Shown: one piece after another, positions 25,700-36,053 of the stretch
Layout: each line of letters opens with the position of its first letter
Numbering within the stretch: position 1 is the first letter of the stretch
Source: Oscillospiraceae bacterium
GTDB taxonomy: Bacteria; Bacillota; Clostridia; Oscillospirales; Oscillospiraceae
Assembly (NCBI GenBank): GCA_009776445.1
Contig: WRNV01000004.1
Span: 427-64,426, forward strand
DNA length: 64,000 nucleotides
Direction of reading: 5' to 3'
Position numbers and translations under genes: made by a program
The notes under the pieces: generated by a model
Seen by the model: the letters and a program-made list of their open reading frames with translations, nothing else
The model's database searches: none
Told to the model about the DNA's origin: nothing

Positions 25700-26038
25700 G
25701 ATAATCCCTACTTTCTATATATTGGCTTATAAAATAATCACTTCCGAAATCAAGTAATGTTTCCTACTTACGCGTAGGATCCTTTTTCCGCGAGAACAAT
25801 CTAATCTGGACTTATTTAGTATTCTTCTAACTAGCTTCTACACTTCTTCTTTTCAAATTTGCTTTACTGAAAAGTAGTTTCTCATGTTTTTCAACTTACA
25901 CATCCAACACTTAACATTAATATCTCAATCTGAGCTTAAGCACTAAACAATCATTTCTGTGATATAAAGGTTACTATCTTCTTTCAATAGACACTATGTT
26001 TACACAGATTAAACTTATTCTACTTATGCCCGCTATTT

Positions 26039-26078
26039 AGTGTAATATAAATTAACAGTATTGTCATTACACATTTGA
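26039..26078 (-). promoter_or_regulatory. Shared promoter/operator motif, copy 1 (upstream of the XRE gene)
   Basis: The - strand reads TCAAATGTGTAATGACA-N17-TACACT. The same 17-mer context occurs at 36037-36053 and 39824-39840. Confidence 0.4.
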
Positions 26079-26931
26079 AACTACTTATTCTTATATACGA
26101 TACACTATTTATTCATAATATTTGCTCTATGAGCCGTCAATGGGCATTTTACCCGACTATTTTATACATTGTTTTCTCCATATGTCATTACTCTATCTAT
26201 ACATTAATTTATTAATTTTTTTGTAACTATTCAGTTACCCCTGCAGAAAACTTATCTTCATGTTTTGTGCAAAGTTCTCAACGTATCATCTTTTAAAAGC
26301 AAACAAAAAAAAGCAGACGTCATCAACACCTACCCCATTGCCGTACACGCATAGCTGGTGTTGTGGATTTGCCTGAATTTACGCATACCTTTTACAATAT
26401 CAAACGTTTTGTAGCGCCATTAAAACGTTTGCGGCGACAAATCCTCAATCTCCAGCTACACGCATACAGAATACTTTCGCGCAATCCATACAAATATCAT
26501 CTTAAGCATTAGTAACAGCTAGTGATTTTGTGTTTCCTTACATACCAGGTATTCCTTGTTCGCTTTGCTTCTCAATCTGACAAGCAGAACAACTCAATAC
26601 CTATAAATGCATAATGTCATTCCAGATTGAGAGTGTGTGCGTTTCTAAGGTTCCCTGTGTTTCGTTGGATGGTGTTTTTGTTGTTGTTCAGTTGTTTTAG
26701 TAGGTTGTGAGGTTAGGCGGGAGCAGCTCGTTCGACGCCGCCCAACCCCACGCGCTATTATATTACAATTGTACCATTATTTAATGTTGTTCTTTTTTGT
26801 CCAGTATACGCCGCTCCTCATCACATATACTTTACTTACATTCACATCTGGCCAGGATGATCAGTGTATGGAAAGCATATTCCAGAGCTTTCGGGACGTA
26901 TCCAGCTATGTACGATGTCTTATTCTATCAC

Positions 26932-29900
26932 TCACTTTAGTGTCCAAATTTCATTTCCATCGGCTTTTTTCATGAAATCATGATATGTTGAAGCCTCCAT
27001 GATATGGGTGTAAGCCCAATGACCTTCACCAATATCGCTATATTGTCTTATACCTGGTGTACCTATTGGTGGGATATCTTCCAGCGCTACCCTTCTGTCC
27101 AGCATGGTGTTAACAATCTTCACGACTTCAGCTCGCGTAATGCTTTGTTGTGGCATGAAAGTCCCGTCTGGGTATCCGTTAATCCACCCTTTAACTGCCG
27201 CTGAATTGATGTAATCTTTTGCCCAGTGATTTCCAACATCCGAGAACGCATTACTTTCCGTTACTTCCAGGTGATCAAATCTGGAAGCTATTGTAGCGAA
27301 TTCCGCTCTTGTTATTGGTTGGTTCGGCTTGAAGGTTCTGTCTGGATATCCGGTGATGATGCCTATACTTGCTAGATAGTTGACAGCCTGCGTATACCAT
27401 AGGCCTTCGGCTACGTCATTGAAAATGGCTGGCATCGCTGCGTCCTTGTTGCTGTCGCTCAGCAGCCTGAAGAATATAGCCGCTGCCTCAGCCCTTGTAA
27501 TGGCGCTGTCAGGTCTTACTGTGTTATCCGGGTAACCGAATATGTATGGGATATGATCGGTGATGAACCCAGGTACAACCGTGTTATCTGTAGCCCACTG
27601 TGCGTAGACCACAATATTTGCGTTAACGGTAGTGGCGCCTGTAAATGGCGAACCTGTTCCACCTGAATTGGTGTTCCAACCTGTGAATATGTATCCGCTG
27701 CGTGTAGGATCAGTCGGCATAGCGCTATTGCCAACTATACTACCACTTTCTACTGTTCGTGTCGTCGATCCTGTTGTTCCGTCATTGTTGTTAAAGGTAA
27801 CTATGTAGTACGTCGGACCGCCACCGCCAGGAGGAGGATTGACGACTCCTGATGTTTGCCAGATGGCGTAAACAGTAATATCTTTCTCAACAACTGTCGT
27901 AGCTCTGAATGTTGTTCCATTGCCGTACTGACTTGTATTCCACTCAGAAAATGTGTACCCGCTGCGCGTGGGCAGGGGCGGCATATTCGCGGCGCCTACC
28001 ATTGCTAAATTCGAATTTACCTCAACTTTTTCGTCATTAGGCCCGCCAGCAAAATTGTAATTGAACGTTACTGTATACTTCTGTGTTGTGTCTTCATCCC
28101 ACTGTGCGTAAACAGTATAATCAACTTCAACAGTTGTCGTAGCTTTAAACTCAAATCCTGTGCCATCTTGTTTTGTATCCCAACGAACAAATTTGTATCC
28201 GCTACGCGTAGGCGGGTCAGGCATATTGTTGTTTCCTATCGAGCTTCCTTTCTGTACTTTGCGTGTCTGTATATCGTCAGGAGTTCCTTGATTCCCGTCA
28301 AATGTAACAGTACACATTTCTATCCACTGCGCGTAAACTGTAATATCACTTGTAACAGGTGTCGTAATTGTCAACTCTGAGCCCGTACCGTCTTGTATTG
28401 TATCCCAACGTACAAAATCATACCCGGTACGAGTAGTCGGAATGGCTGGCATACGGTCCACGCCAATTGATGTATTCGCGTCGACATCGATCGAATATTG
28501 AGGTGGGCTACCAGCGTAATTGTAATCGAACGTTACTCGATATTTCCCAGGCTGCGGTATGTCGTCTTCCCACTGAGCGTAAACAGTATAATCATGGCTA
28601 ACAGTTGTCGAAGCTAGGAATGCTGTTCCCGTACCGTCTTGTTTTGTATCCCAACGAACAAATTTGTATCCGCTACGTGTAGGCTGGGCGGGCATATAGT
28701 TGTTTCCTATTGCGTTTCCATCCACTACTTCGCGTGTTTGTATATCAGGTGTTCCTTGATTTCCATCAAACGTAACGATCCACTTTTCGATCTGCCGTTC
28801 GCCCCACAGAGCATAAACGTCCATGTCTTCGTTAACGGCTGTCGCTGCGTCAAAATCAGCAACATTGCCGTCCGGCGTCGTACACCATCCCCAAAATTCA
28901 TACCTGTCGTCCACGGAAGCTGGATCTGGTGGCATTGCAGATCCTAGTGCGCTTCCTTTCTGGACATCACGTTGTACCGGCGTTTCGGGAATTCCTTGAT
29001 TTCCGTGAAATGTAACTATACACATTTCTGGCGGTTCATCGGACCATTGCGCGTAAACTGTTATGTTCACTGAAACAGGCGTCGTCTCGTCAAATGGTGT
29101 GCCTGAGCCATCCTGCTCTGTATTCCATCCCAAAAATGTTCGGTTTGTAAACGTCGGATTGGCAGGCATCTCGTCTCCTACAGCTAAGCCTTTCTCTACG
29201 ATGACCTCCTGTGGCGTCTGGGGTTCGCCGCCGTTGCTGTCAAACGTCACTGTACAACAGTCAATTGGCGGTATGTATTGAGCGTAAACCCTCTTATTAT
29301 CATCCACAGTAGTCGTGGAAACCTGGAATACCATACCCGATCCATCCCTACGCGTGTTCCATCCTACGAATGTAGCTAAATCAGCGCGTTTTAGGTCTTC
29401 GTCGGGTTGCGTTTCACCACCGGCCGCTACCGTTTTTCCTTCCTCTACGTTGCAAATCTGTACATCAGGAATACCTCCGTTGCCGTCAAAAGTGACAGTG
29501 TAAACCTTAAATACATTAATGAGCTGCCATTTGGCGTAGAGATAGTGGTCGGTTGTTTTAGTCACGACCGTATTTTCCATTACTAGGTTAATTGGTCCAA
29601 TACCATCAAATAAGTCCCAACCGTATAGTTCGTACCTGTAGCCAAAGCCTCCAGGTCTAGTTATACTCCAAGCGCCATTGTCCCTTGGTAAAGTGCCATA
29701 TTCTTCGCCTACGTAGACGATTTTTTTCGTCGCGCCGTTAAAAGTCGCGTCATCACAATTCTGGTCAAACGTTACTTCTACCGACGTCTTGGTTGAATCA
29801 ATCCACTGGGCGTATACTTGTATGTTGCTATTTACTACCGTTGTTGCTGAAAATGTTGTGCCCGTGCCGTCCTGCTTCGTATTCCACTCAACGAAGTCAT

Positions 29901-31068
29901 GGCCGTCCCAACTTGGTACGGGAGGCATATTGCTCGCCCCTACAGCAGATCCTTCCAGGACATTGCGTGTCTGTTGGTTGGGTGTTCCGCCGTTGCCGTA
30001 AAACGTGACTATGTATGTGGTACTGCCATTGCCGTCAAAGACTAAGATTGCAGGCTCGCTGGCTATATATTTCTTGTAATTGCCGTACAGAGCATCGTTC
30101 CCGCTGTATTCCGCGTCGCCCTTTTCTCTGACGTATATTGTCTCTCCGCCGTTTATAATCGGCGACACGTCGCTCCTGTAAGTGATACCGTCATACGACC
30201 ACTCCATCGTGGCGCTGTTATAGTTTGTAACAGTTTTGGCGTTGTTATTCGCGGATACGTTTGGCTTTGCTCGCTGTACATGCATCTTGAATGTGTTTGG
30301 GCTGACTATGTAGTATCTGCTATCTGGCATATTCTCGTCAACAGACTCAACAAAGTACATACCGTTCGCAATGTAATTTGTAAACCGGTAAAACCCAGGG
30401 ATCATGTACTCGTACTTGAATGTGAACATCTCCAAACTCAGTTCAGAACTACCGTCTACAGGCATGAAGTAGAACTCTGCTATGTTGACTGATTCCCCAG
30501 GTTGCACTACTACAGACTGTAAATGAGTAGGATCGGGACTGGCAATCCGCGTGGAGATCAAGCCTCCATATCCCGCGACAGAGCTGATACACTCGTTTCC
30601 AAGATAGCTAAAGTCATAGCCACCCGAACTGTATAACGTATTACAGTAATTTGTGAAAAGATAGTCGAGGGGATCAATGGTGACAATGCCATTGAGGTAT
30701 CCGTTTCTAATCTCTCCAAACCACAGTTTTGCTGGATCAAATGTCGTTTCGAGTGGGTTATACGCATACGGAGCGACTGATCCGTTGAACGATATCTCAA
30801 CGCCAAACCCTTCAATCTCCAGTTTATCGGTGCCGACGCCGTTATTTTGCGCTTGTACCGTCGCGGTAATAAGTTTGGTGGTGGGATCCTGCTTGATGAC
30901 GGTAACAACCCTTGTATCCGCGTCGGCTAGCAAAATCTTGCTGTCTCCTACAACAATAGGAAAATTATCTATCTTTATCGAGACCCACGCCGCCGCAGTA
31001 GGCAACGTCAACCACGCCAGAAGGATTGCCAGCAATAAAGCAGGTATCCGTTTTTTTGTTTTCATCAT
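26932..31068 (-). CDS. Giant SLH-anchored surface protein with 10 Listeria-Bacteroides (Flg_new/InlB-B-type) repeats
   Basis: Signal peptide. About 350-aa N-terminal module shared with the next gene. Ten units of the V-T-F-x-G-N-G-G...Y-x-F-x-G-W-x-T...VYAQW type. Three C-terminal SLH domains. Confidence 0.85.
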   Translation of the reverse strand: MMKTKKRIPALLLAILLAWLTLPTAAAWVSIKIDNFPIVVGDSKILLADADTRVVTVIKQDPTTKLITATVQAQNNGVGTDKLEIEGFGVEISFNGSVAPYAYNPLETTFDPAKLWFGEIRNGYLNGIVTIDPLDYLFTNYCNTLYSSGGYDFSYLGNECISSVAGYGGLISTRIASPDPTHLQSVVVQPGESVNIAEFYFMPVDGSSELSLEMFTFKYEYMIPGFYRFTNYIANGMYFVESVDENMPDSRYYIVSPNTFKMHVQRAKPNVSANNNAKTVTNYNSATMEWSYDGITYRSDVSPIINGGETIYVREKGDAEYSGNDALYGNYKKYIASEPAILVFDGNGSTTYIVTFYGNGGTPNQQTRNVLEGSAVGASNMPPVPSWDGHDFVEWNTKQDGTGTTFSATTVVNSNIQVYAQWIDSTKTSVEVTFDQNCDDATFNGATKKIVYVGEEYGTLPRDNGAWSITRPGGFGYRYELYGWDLFDGIGPINLVMENTVVTKTTDHYLYAKWQLINVFKVYTVTFDGNGGIPDVQICNVEEGKTVAAGGETQPDEDLKRADLATFVGWNTRRDGSGMVFQVSTTTVDDNKRVYAQYIPPIDCCTVTFDSNGGEPQTPQEVIVEKGLAVGDEMPANPTFTNRTFLGWNTEQDGSGTPFDETTPVSVNITVYAQWSDEPPEMCIVTFHGNQGIPETPVQRDVQKGSALGSAMPPDPASVDDRYEFWGWCTTPDGNVADFDAATAVNEDMDVYALWGERQIEKWIVTFDGNQGTPDIQTREVVDGNAIGNNYMPAQPTRSGYKFVRWDTKQDGTGTAFLASTTVSHDYTVYAQWEDDIPQPGKYRVTFDYNYAGSPPQYSIDVDANTSIGVDRMPAIPTTRTGYDFVRWDTIQDGTGSELTITTPVTSDITVYAQWIEMCTVTFDGNQGTPDDIQTRKVQKGSSIGNNNMPDPPTRSGYKFVRWDTKQDGTGFEFKATTTVEVDYTVYAQWDEDTTQKYTVTFNYNFAGGPNDEKVEVNSNLAMVGAANMPPLPTRSGYTFSEWNTSQYGNGTTFRATTVVEKDITVYAIWQTSGVVNPPPGGGGPTYYIVTFNNNDGTTGSTTRTVESGSIVGNSAMPTDPTRSGYIFTGWNTNSGGTGSPFTGATTVNANIVVYAQWATDNTVVPGFITDHIPYIFGYPDNTVRPDSAITRAEAAAIFFRLLSDSNKDAAMPAIFNDVAEGLWYTQAVNYLASIGIITGYPDRTFKPNQPITRAEFATIASRFDHLEVTESNAFSDVGNHWAKDYINSAAVKGWINGYPDGTFMPQQSITRAEVVKIVNTMLDRRVALEDIPPIGTPGIRQYSDIGEGHWAYTHIMEASTYHDFMKKADGNEIWTLK

Positions 31069-31091
31069 TTGTATATCCTTTCCGTAGTTAC

Positions 31092-31134
31092 CCGGTAGGG
31101 GCGTCGATCCTTTTTAGAGGATCGACTCCCCCGG
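31092..31134 (-). promoter_or_regulatory. Intercistronic stem-loop between the two giant genes
   Basis: CCGGTAGGGGCGTCGATCC-loop-GGATCGACTCCCCCGG, an imperfect stem of about 17 bp in the 90-nt gap. No U-tract on the coding strand. Confidence 0.5.
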
Positions 31135-31158
31135 TTTTTGCGTCTTCGACGCTGGATA

Positions 31159-34100
31159 TCAAATAGTGAAATTCACGGTTTCCGCGCCTGCGTACATGCT
31201 TGCGTCTAGATTCCAGTTTGACATTATCCTCATCAAGTCTTCGTTATCTATTACTCCTTCGGTGAGAACATCGGCGGCGGGATCATAGTCGGAATCATAT
31301 GCGCTGGTTCCTCTGTTCATGTAGTACTGAACCATCAACTGATCCTCGTTATCTATTCTGAAGTCGCCGTTACAGTCGCCGCCCCAGAGTTCGAACACTC
31401 CATTTTCGTTCTGCGTATTGGGAGGCGCGATATCTCTCATATCCAGGTCTGTTGGTGAAATGGTGATATTCATGCACCTTGTCAAGAATCCGGGCCGCTG
31501 GATTACCAATACATAATCTCCAAACGGGACGTTTTCAAATGTGAATTCACCCAATCCGCCTACAGCCGGAGTAGCAGTTACTCTCAGGCTGGAAGGCGCC
31601 GGCGTCCGGAATGTGGTTCTCAGTTCGACAGTTATTGCATGCATATTTGCAAAGCCTGGTACTGGATTAACGGTGACTATCGGATTTACGAGGCCATGGA
31701 TCCCTCTGCCGGTTTTATCCCCAGCCGTCCCATACACCACGTCACTGGGGTCTTTACCGACTTCGGTCTGAACGGCACTGATCACATCACCAGTGGTGAC
31801 TTCTTTGCCGACTGGCAAATCCGCTCTCCACGTTCCATCATTCGCGACTGTTGCCGGAATCTGCGTATTGTCCGGAAGCGTCACGATTACCGTAGCTCCG
31901 GGTTCTCCTTCACCGGTGATCGCTCTGTCGCCCCTGGTTATTGGGTCGATGATCGGATCTGCGGACTTGTTAACGACGTTAAATCCGCCGCCATCCTCAT
32001 CAGCTCCGTCATTAACCGGTTTTGTTGAATCGCCATTTTCAAAGCCGGCTACAGTAACGGAGTTCATAATGTGCGTACCATTCGCGTTAGGATTAATAGT
32101 AGCTTCGAATACAACCGTAGCTGATAAGCCTCCTTGTATCCCTTGGTCGGTCGGGCCGCGCCACACCTGCACACGCAGTGTTCTTGTCGTCGCATTGTAA
32201 TCCGAGAACGTCGGTTGCGTGCCGTCGAGCAATACTGAAGAAAGATCTAATGTCATACCCTGCGGAATAACATCTGTTACAACCGCGCCAGTCCAGAAAG
32301 ATTTTGGCGAGCCATTGTTATATAAGGTTATCGTATATCGGATTCTGTCGCCCGTACGGAAGTTGCCGTCAGTACTCGTCAGGTTCTGCGAAACCTTAAC
32401 AACATCTGAGATCACAGGTTTTTTGCCATTCACTGTCACTACAACTGGGTCGCTGGCGCTATCAGGGGCCAGCACCTGGGTTACGTTAATTATATTACCT
32501 TCAATGAGGTTGATGCTGTTTGGAACCGTAACGCTCCATCTGCCGCCAGAGACAGTAGCCGTCCTCGTTGTGACGCCGTCCGGGAACGTGACTGTGACCG
32601 TCGCTCCATTGATCCCGTCGCCTTCGACTATCTTGTCGCCTTCGTTTACTTCATCAACAACCGGTTGAGCTGTCTGTCCATAAACAGGTGGCGGAACTGT
32701 GGGCCCTTCAATTATCGAATCTCCGTCGATCAAAGCGGTGTTAACAAACGTTTTACCATACGCGGTATTATTGATTTCCGCGTCGAAAGTTACTACTTTG
32801 GTGACGCCGCCAGGGATATCACCGAGGTTCACAGTCAGCACTCCACTTGAGTAGTTTGCCGCCGAGCCTGCCGGAAGTGTGTCGATGGTCACGCTGCCTG
32901 GAACGTAGTTCACCTCGGTTGGAACCGTATCGATTATTATCACGTTTTGCCAAAGCGATTTAGGAAGACCGTCGTTCTTTACGGTTATCGTATACCTGAG
33001 CATATCGCCCACGCGCCTACTTCCGTCGCTCCGTGTAAGGTTTTCCGAGGTTTTTGCCGAATTCTTGATTACAGGTGGTCTGGCAACTGTGACAGTTGAC
33101 GCTTGTGGGCTTGGGTCTTTGTTTGGCTCTGTCTGTACTGCTGTGATCGTCCGCCCAGTAATAGGCCTTCTGCCTGACACATCAGCGCTCCAAACACCGT
33201 TACCACTGCCGTCGTCGACAACTACGACTGTAATGCTCGCTCCGCCGTCGCCGGGATTGACGACTACATCCGCTCCAATAACACCGGTTCCGGTGATGGT
33301 CGCGTCGCCTTCAGTGACGGGATCAATCGTTGGGGCAGCCGAGCGATCCACTATATCCAAACCGCCGCCGCCTTGGCCGTCGCCATCATCCGCGTCCACT
33401 ATGACGTCGGTGCTTGTATTGCCATCTTTGCCCGCTACTCTGGCGGTGTTGACAATCTTTATCCCGTACGCGCTTTCATTCACTGTCGCGTTGAAGGTTA
33501 CTCTTTTTTGCGTTCCGCCCGGAATATCGCCAAGAGGCACTGTCAATATGCCGCTAAGGAACGTGAATCCAACATTCTGTGTCTGTAAAAATCCGTCAAT
33601 CCTTACATTGTTGGCAAATGTGACGCCAACGGGCATCGTATCCGTCACGACGGCGTCTGTCCATGTTGAATTGGGATGCCCGTCGTTTCTGGCGATAATT
33701 GTATACTCAATAGTGTCGCCAACGCGGACTTTACCGTCCGGATGTAACGGCGCGAGCGGTGTCGATGTCTTTGTTACAACCGTTAGGCCGAGGCATGGAT
33801 AGAAGTTCGGCGGGAAATCAAGCTCCACCGGATCGCTGGCAATTTCCTTCTTGTAGTTAACGTATTCATCGTCAATCCCGCTGTATCCGCTTTCTCTCAT
33901 CCTTACATAGATGGTGTGCGCGTCGTCTAGCACTATAGGCGGCACGTCGCTCCTATATGTGACGCCGTCATACGACCACTCCATTTGGGTGGCGTTATAT
34001 CCGACCACAGCCCTGTTAGTCAGGTCTGCTGTTACGCCTGTTGGTACTGGCCTGACGAAATGCATTTTAAAGGTGGGGGCTGAGATTACGTATGTGTACG

Positions 34101-34839
34101 AATTTAGCGCTACAGCTTTATTACTCGCGTATACCATTGACTTATTGTTTGCTAACCAAGTGTTTATCTCAATGAAATTAACCGTAGTTACGAATTGGTA
34201 CCTAAACATATTTATGTCCAATATGTTGTCTGCTGTGCTAATCGGCATAAAGAACATTTCTAGAACTGGTTCTGTAGCGCCGGGGGCGACCAGAATTGAT
34301 GAATTGGCTGGGTTGCTGTTTTGACCAACGAAAGCGGTAATCTTTCCGCCGAAAAATGATCCGTTTGCCGTATTGTTGCACATGACGGCGGATCCTATGT
34401 TATTGAAGTTATTCAGCGGTCCGCCAAAAGCGTGTAGGTACCGACTGTTATCAGCAAGATTCGCGTTTGGGCCTTGATTGAGATACATTCTGCTCACGTC
34501 AAATTCGTGAGGATCCGACGTGTTGCTAGGGTCATATCTATAGGGCGCGACTCTAGCTCCGTCAAATGCTACTTCAAATCCGAAGCCGCCTATATATAGA
34601 GTCTCTCCGCCGGCTGGATTTCCATTGAATACTTTCAATGTGGCTGTGATCATTTTCGAAACTGGGTCTTGCGATAATTCGGTAATGTACAATGTGTTAT
34701 CGTTGGCGACCAGATGTGTATCATCGTACAATGGGAAATATGTCTGCGCTGCTTCCGCTAATGGAATTGTACCCAGTATCATTAGAACTGCCAATACTAA
34801 GGCTACCATAGCTTTCTTATACTTCTTGAACATTTGCAT
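31159..34839 (-). CDS. Giant dockerin-bearing surface protein (shared N-module, DUF11/TIGR01451-type repeats, Ig-like spacers, CarboxypepD_reg-like, dockerin)
   Basis: RBS TAGGAGTG. Signal peptide. Four copies of GD.I.YTI...N.G...W....V.D..P.G. GEFTFENVPFGDYVLVIQRPGF. C-terminal GGDCNGDFRIDNEDQLMV...ADVLTEGVIDNEDLMRI dockerin. Confidence 0.85.
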   Translation of the reverse strand: MQMFKKYKKAMVALVLAVLMILGTIPLAEAAQTYFPLYDDTHLVANDNTLYITELSQDPVSKMITATLKVFNGNPAGGETLYIGGFGFEVAFDGARVAPYRYDPSNTSDPHEFDVSRMYLNQGPNANLADNSRYLHAFGGPLNNFNNIGSAVMCNNTANGSFFGGKITAFVGQNSNPANSSILVAPGATEPVLEMFFMPISTADNILDINMFRYQFVTTVNFIEINTWLANNKSMVYASNKAVALNSYTYVISAPTFKMHFVRPVPTGVTADLTNRAVVGYNATQMEWSYDGVTYRSDVPPIVLDDAHTIYVRMRESGYSGIDDEYVNYKKEIASDPVELDFPPNFYPCLGLTVVTKTSTPLAPLHPDGKVRVGDTIEYTIIARNDGHPNSTWTDAVVTDTMPVGVTFANNVRIDGFLQTQNVGFTFLSGILTVPLGDIPGGTQKRVTFNATVNESAYGIKIVNTARVAGKDGNTSTDVIVDADDGDGQGGGGLDIVDRSAAPTIDPVTEGDATITGTGVIGADVVVNPGDGGASITVVVVDDGSGNGVWSADVSGRRPITGRTITAVQTEPNKDPSPQASTVTVARPPVIKNSAKTSENLTRSDGSRRVGDMLRYTITVKNDGLPKSLWQNVIIIDTVPTEVNYVPGSVTIDTLPAGSAANYSSGVLTVNLGDIPGGVTKVVTFDAEINNTAYGKTFVNTALIDGDSIIEGPTVPPPVYGQTAQPVVDEVNEGDKIVEGDGINGATVTVTFPDGVTTRTATVSGGRWSVTVPNSINLIEGNIINVTQVLAPDSASDPVVVTVNGKKPVISDVVKVSQNLTSTDGNFRTGDRIRYTITLYNNGSPKSFWTGAVVTDVIPQGMTLDLSSVLLDGTQPTFSDYNATTRTLRVQVWRGPTDQGIQGGLSATVVFEATINPNANGTHIMNSVTVAGFENGDSTKPVNDGADEDGGGFNVVNKSADPIIDPITRGDRAITGEGEPGATVIVTLPDNTQIPATVANDGTWRADLPVGKEVTTGDVISAVQTEVGKDPSDVVYGTAGDKTGRGIHGLVNPIVTVNPVPGFANMHAITVELRTTFRTPAPSSLRVTATPAVGGLGEFTFENVPFGDYVLVIQRPGFLTRCMNITISPTDLDMRDIAPPNTQNENGVFELWGGDCNGDFRIDNEDQLMVQYYMNRGTSAYDSDYDPAADVLTEGVIDNEDLMRIMSNWNLDASMYAGAETVNFTI

Positions 34840-34894
34840 TTAATTTCACTCCTATTTTTATTATTTTTAGATACTTTTTTATATAATCGCCGTG

Positions 34895-35304
34895 CGCCGG
34901 TTATATACTGTAGTGACTTTATTACCTCTGGGATAATCATTGACGCTTTTATTTCAATTCATGAACGCTTTAATTAGTATCGCCAACGTATTGGTTATAT
35001 ATCTGCTGGCATCAAGTTTTCATTTTGGGACATATAACCTTCAATAAACGCTACCTGAGCGATCAATGAAATATTGGATTAACAACTACTCCTCGTTGTC
35101 AACCCGTTAGTCGTCATTAAAATCGCCAGGTGTAAGATTGAATATTCCGTCATCTGTGGTTCCCGGCGGCACAAGCTCAACTGTGGCCGGGTTGAACTCC
35201 GATATCGTCACGTTAATGCGTTTTTTCATTGATATCAGTTCTCCTGTTTGTTTCGGCATTTCTTTCACTTTCTTTCTGGGTCTTGCGTTATATTTCTCTA
35301 TCAT
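34895..35304 (-). pseudogene. Decayed internal-deletion paralog of the 36748-39156 dockerin gene
   Basis: The 5' end (VKEMPKQTGELISM vs MKEMLKHTRKLVSI) is fused directly to the C-terminal region (INVTISEFNPATVELVPPGTTDDGIFNLTPGDFNDD). The dockerin continues in frame through at least 3 stops (DD*RVDNEE*LLIQYFIDRSGSVY*). Confidence 0.75.
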
Positions 35305-36012
35305 TTCCGGTTATCTTATACTTATCGCCTCCATTATAAAGGTTGAGTCAGTTCCCAAAGCCTGCTGGTTTGTAGTTCCGGATCTTTTGGCATTACGTTT
35401 TACACGTTTTTTTCGACTATTTTAGTCTACATAATGTTTATAAATTATTCGTTTTATTCGTTTCTGCCTTCAATTCCATTCTTTGACCCGGTTGTTAAGC
35501 TGTTTATGGCCAGAAGACTGTGGTTGCGCATTTTCTGGACATCCTTATATCGTTTGGAATTCGTTGGGGAACCTCTGATAATAATGACATCATGTTTTTT
35601 CCATCTTGTATACTGCTGATTTCCTGTTATTTCAGTCCATTTCTTATCGTTTGCTATCCTTCCTTGTTTTCCTTACGCCCAATTTTGCTTTTCCATTTCG
35701 CAACGTACTAATTATATTCGAGCTTTGACTTCCGGCGGGTTCTGACTCACCAAAACGCTACTTCATAACTGGTAAGGAATTTGCGATAACTCCTAGATAT
35801 TGAACCGATATATCCTCCATGATGGTTTTGCAATGTTAAGTGGGTCTATTTTGTATATTTTTAACTTATACGATATTTATATTCATATCAGCAACCATTA
35901 CTGTATTCGACAAATAAAAATCCCCAGGATCAGAAAAATGACCCCCTGTCGGCGTGTTGGCTAGGTAAGCTCCCAAAAAAAACCTAAAACCACACTCCCC
36001 CTTTTACACGGT

Positions 36013-36053
36013 ATATTAATACATTTTGTTGGTCCTGTCATTACACATTTGAT
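36013..36053 (-). promoter_or_regulatory. Shared promoter/operator motif, copy 2
   Basis: The - strand reads TCAAATGTGTAATGACA-N18-TAATAT, about 730 nt upstream of the pseudogene start. Confidence 0.4.

Noticed and set aside
35138-35711. Small + strand ORFs (95, 61 and 63 aa) in the leader upstream of the pseudogene
   Set aside because: They have no RBSs, their translations are hydrophobic and Phe/Leu-rich as AT-rich DNA produces, and the region aligns as non-coding leader with 39157-39560.
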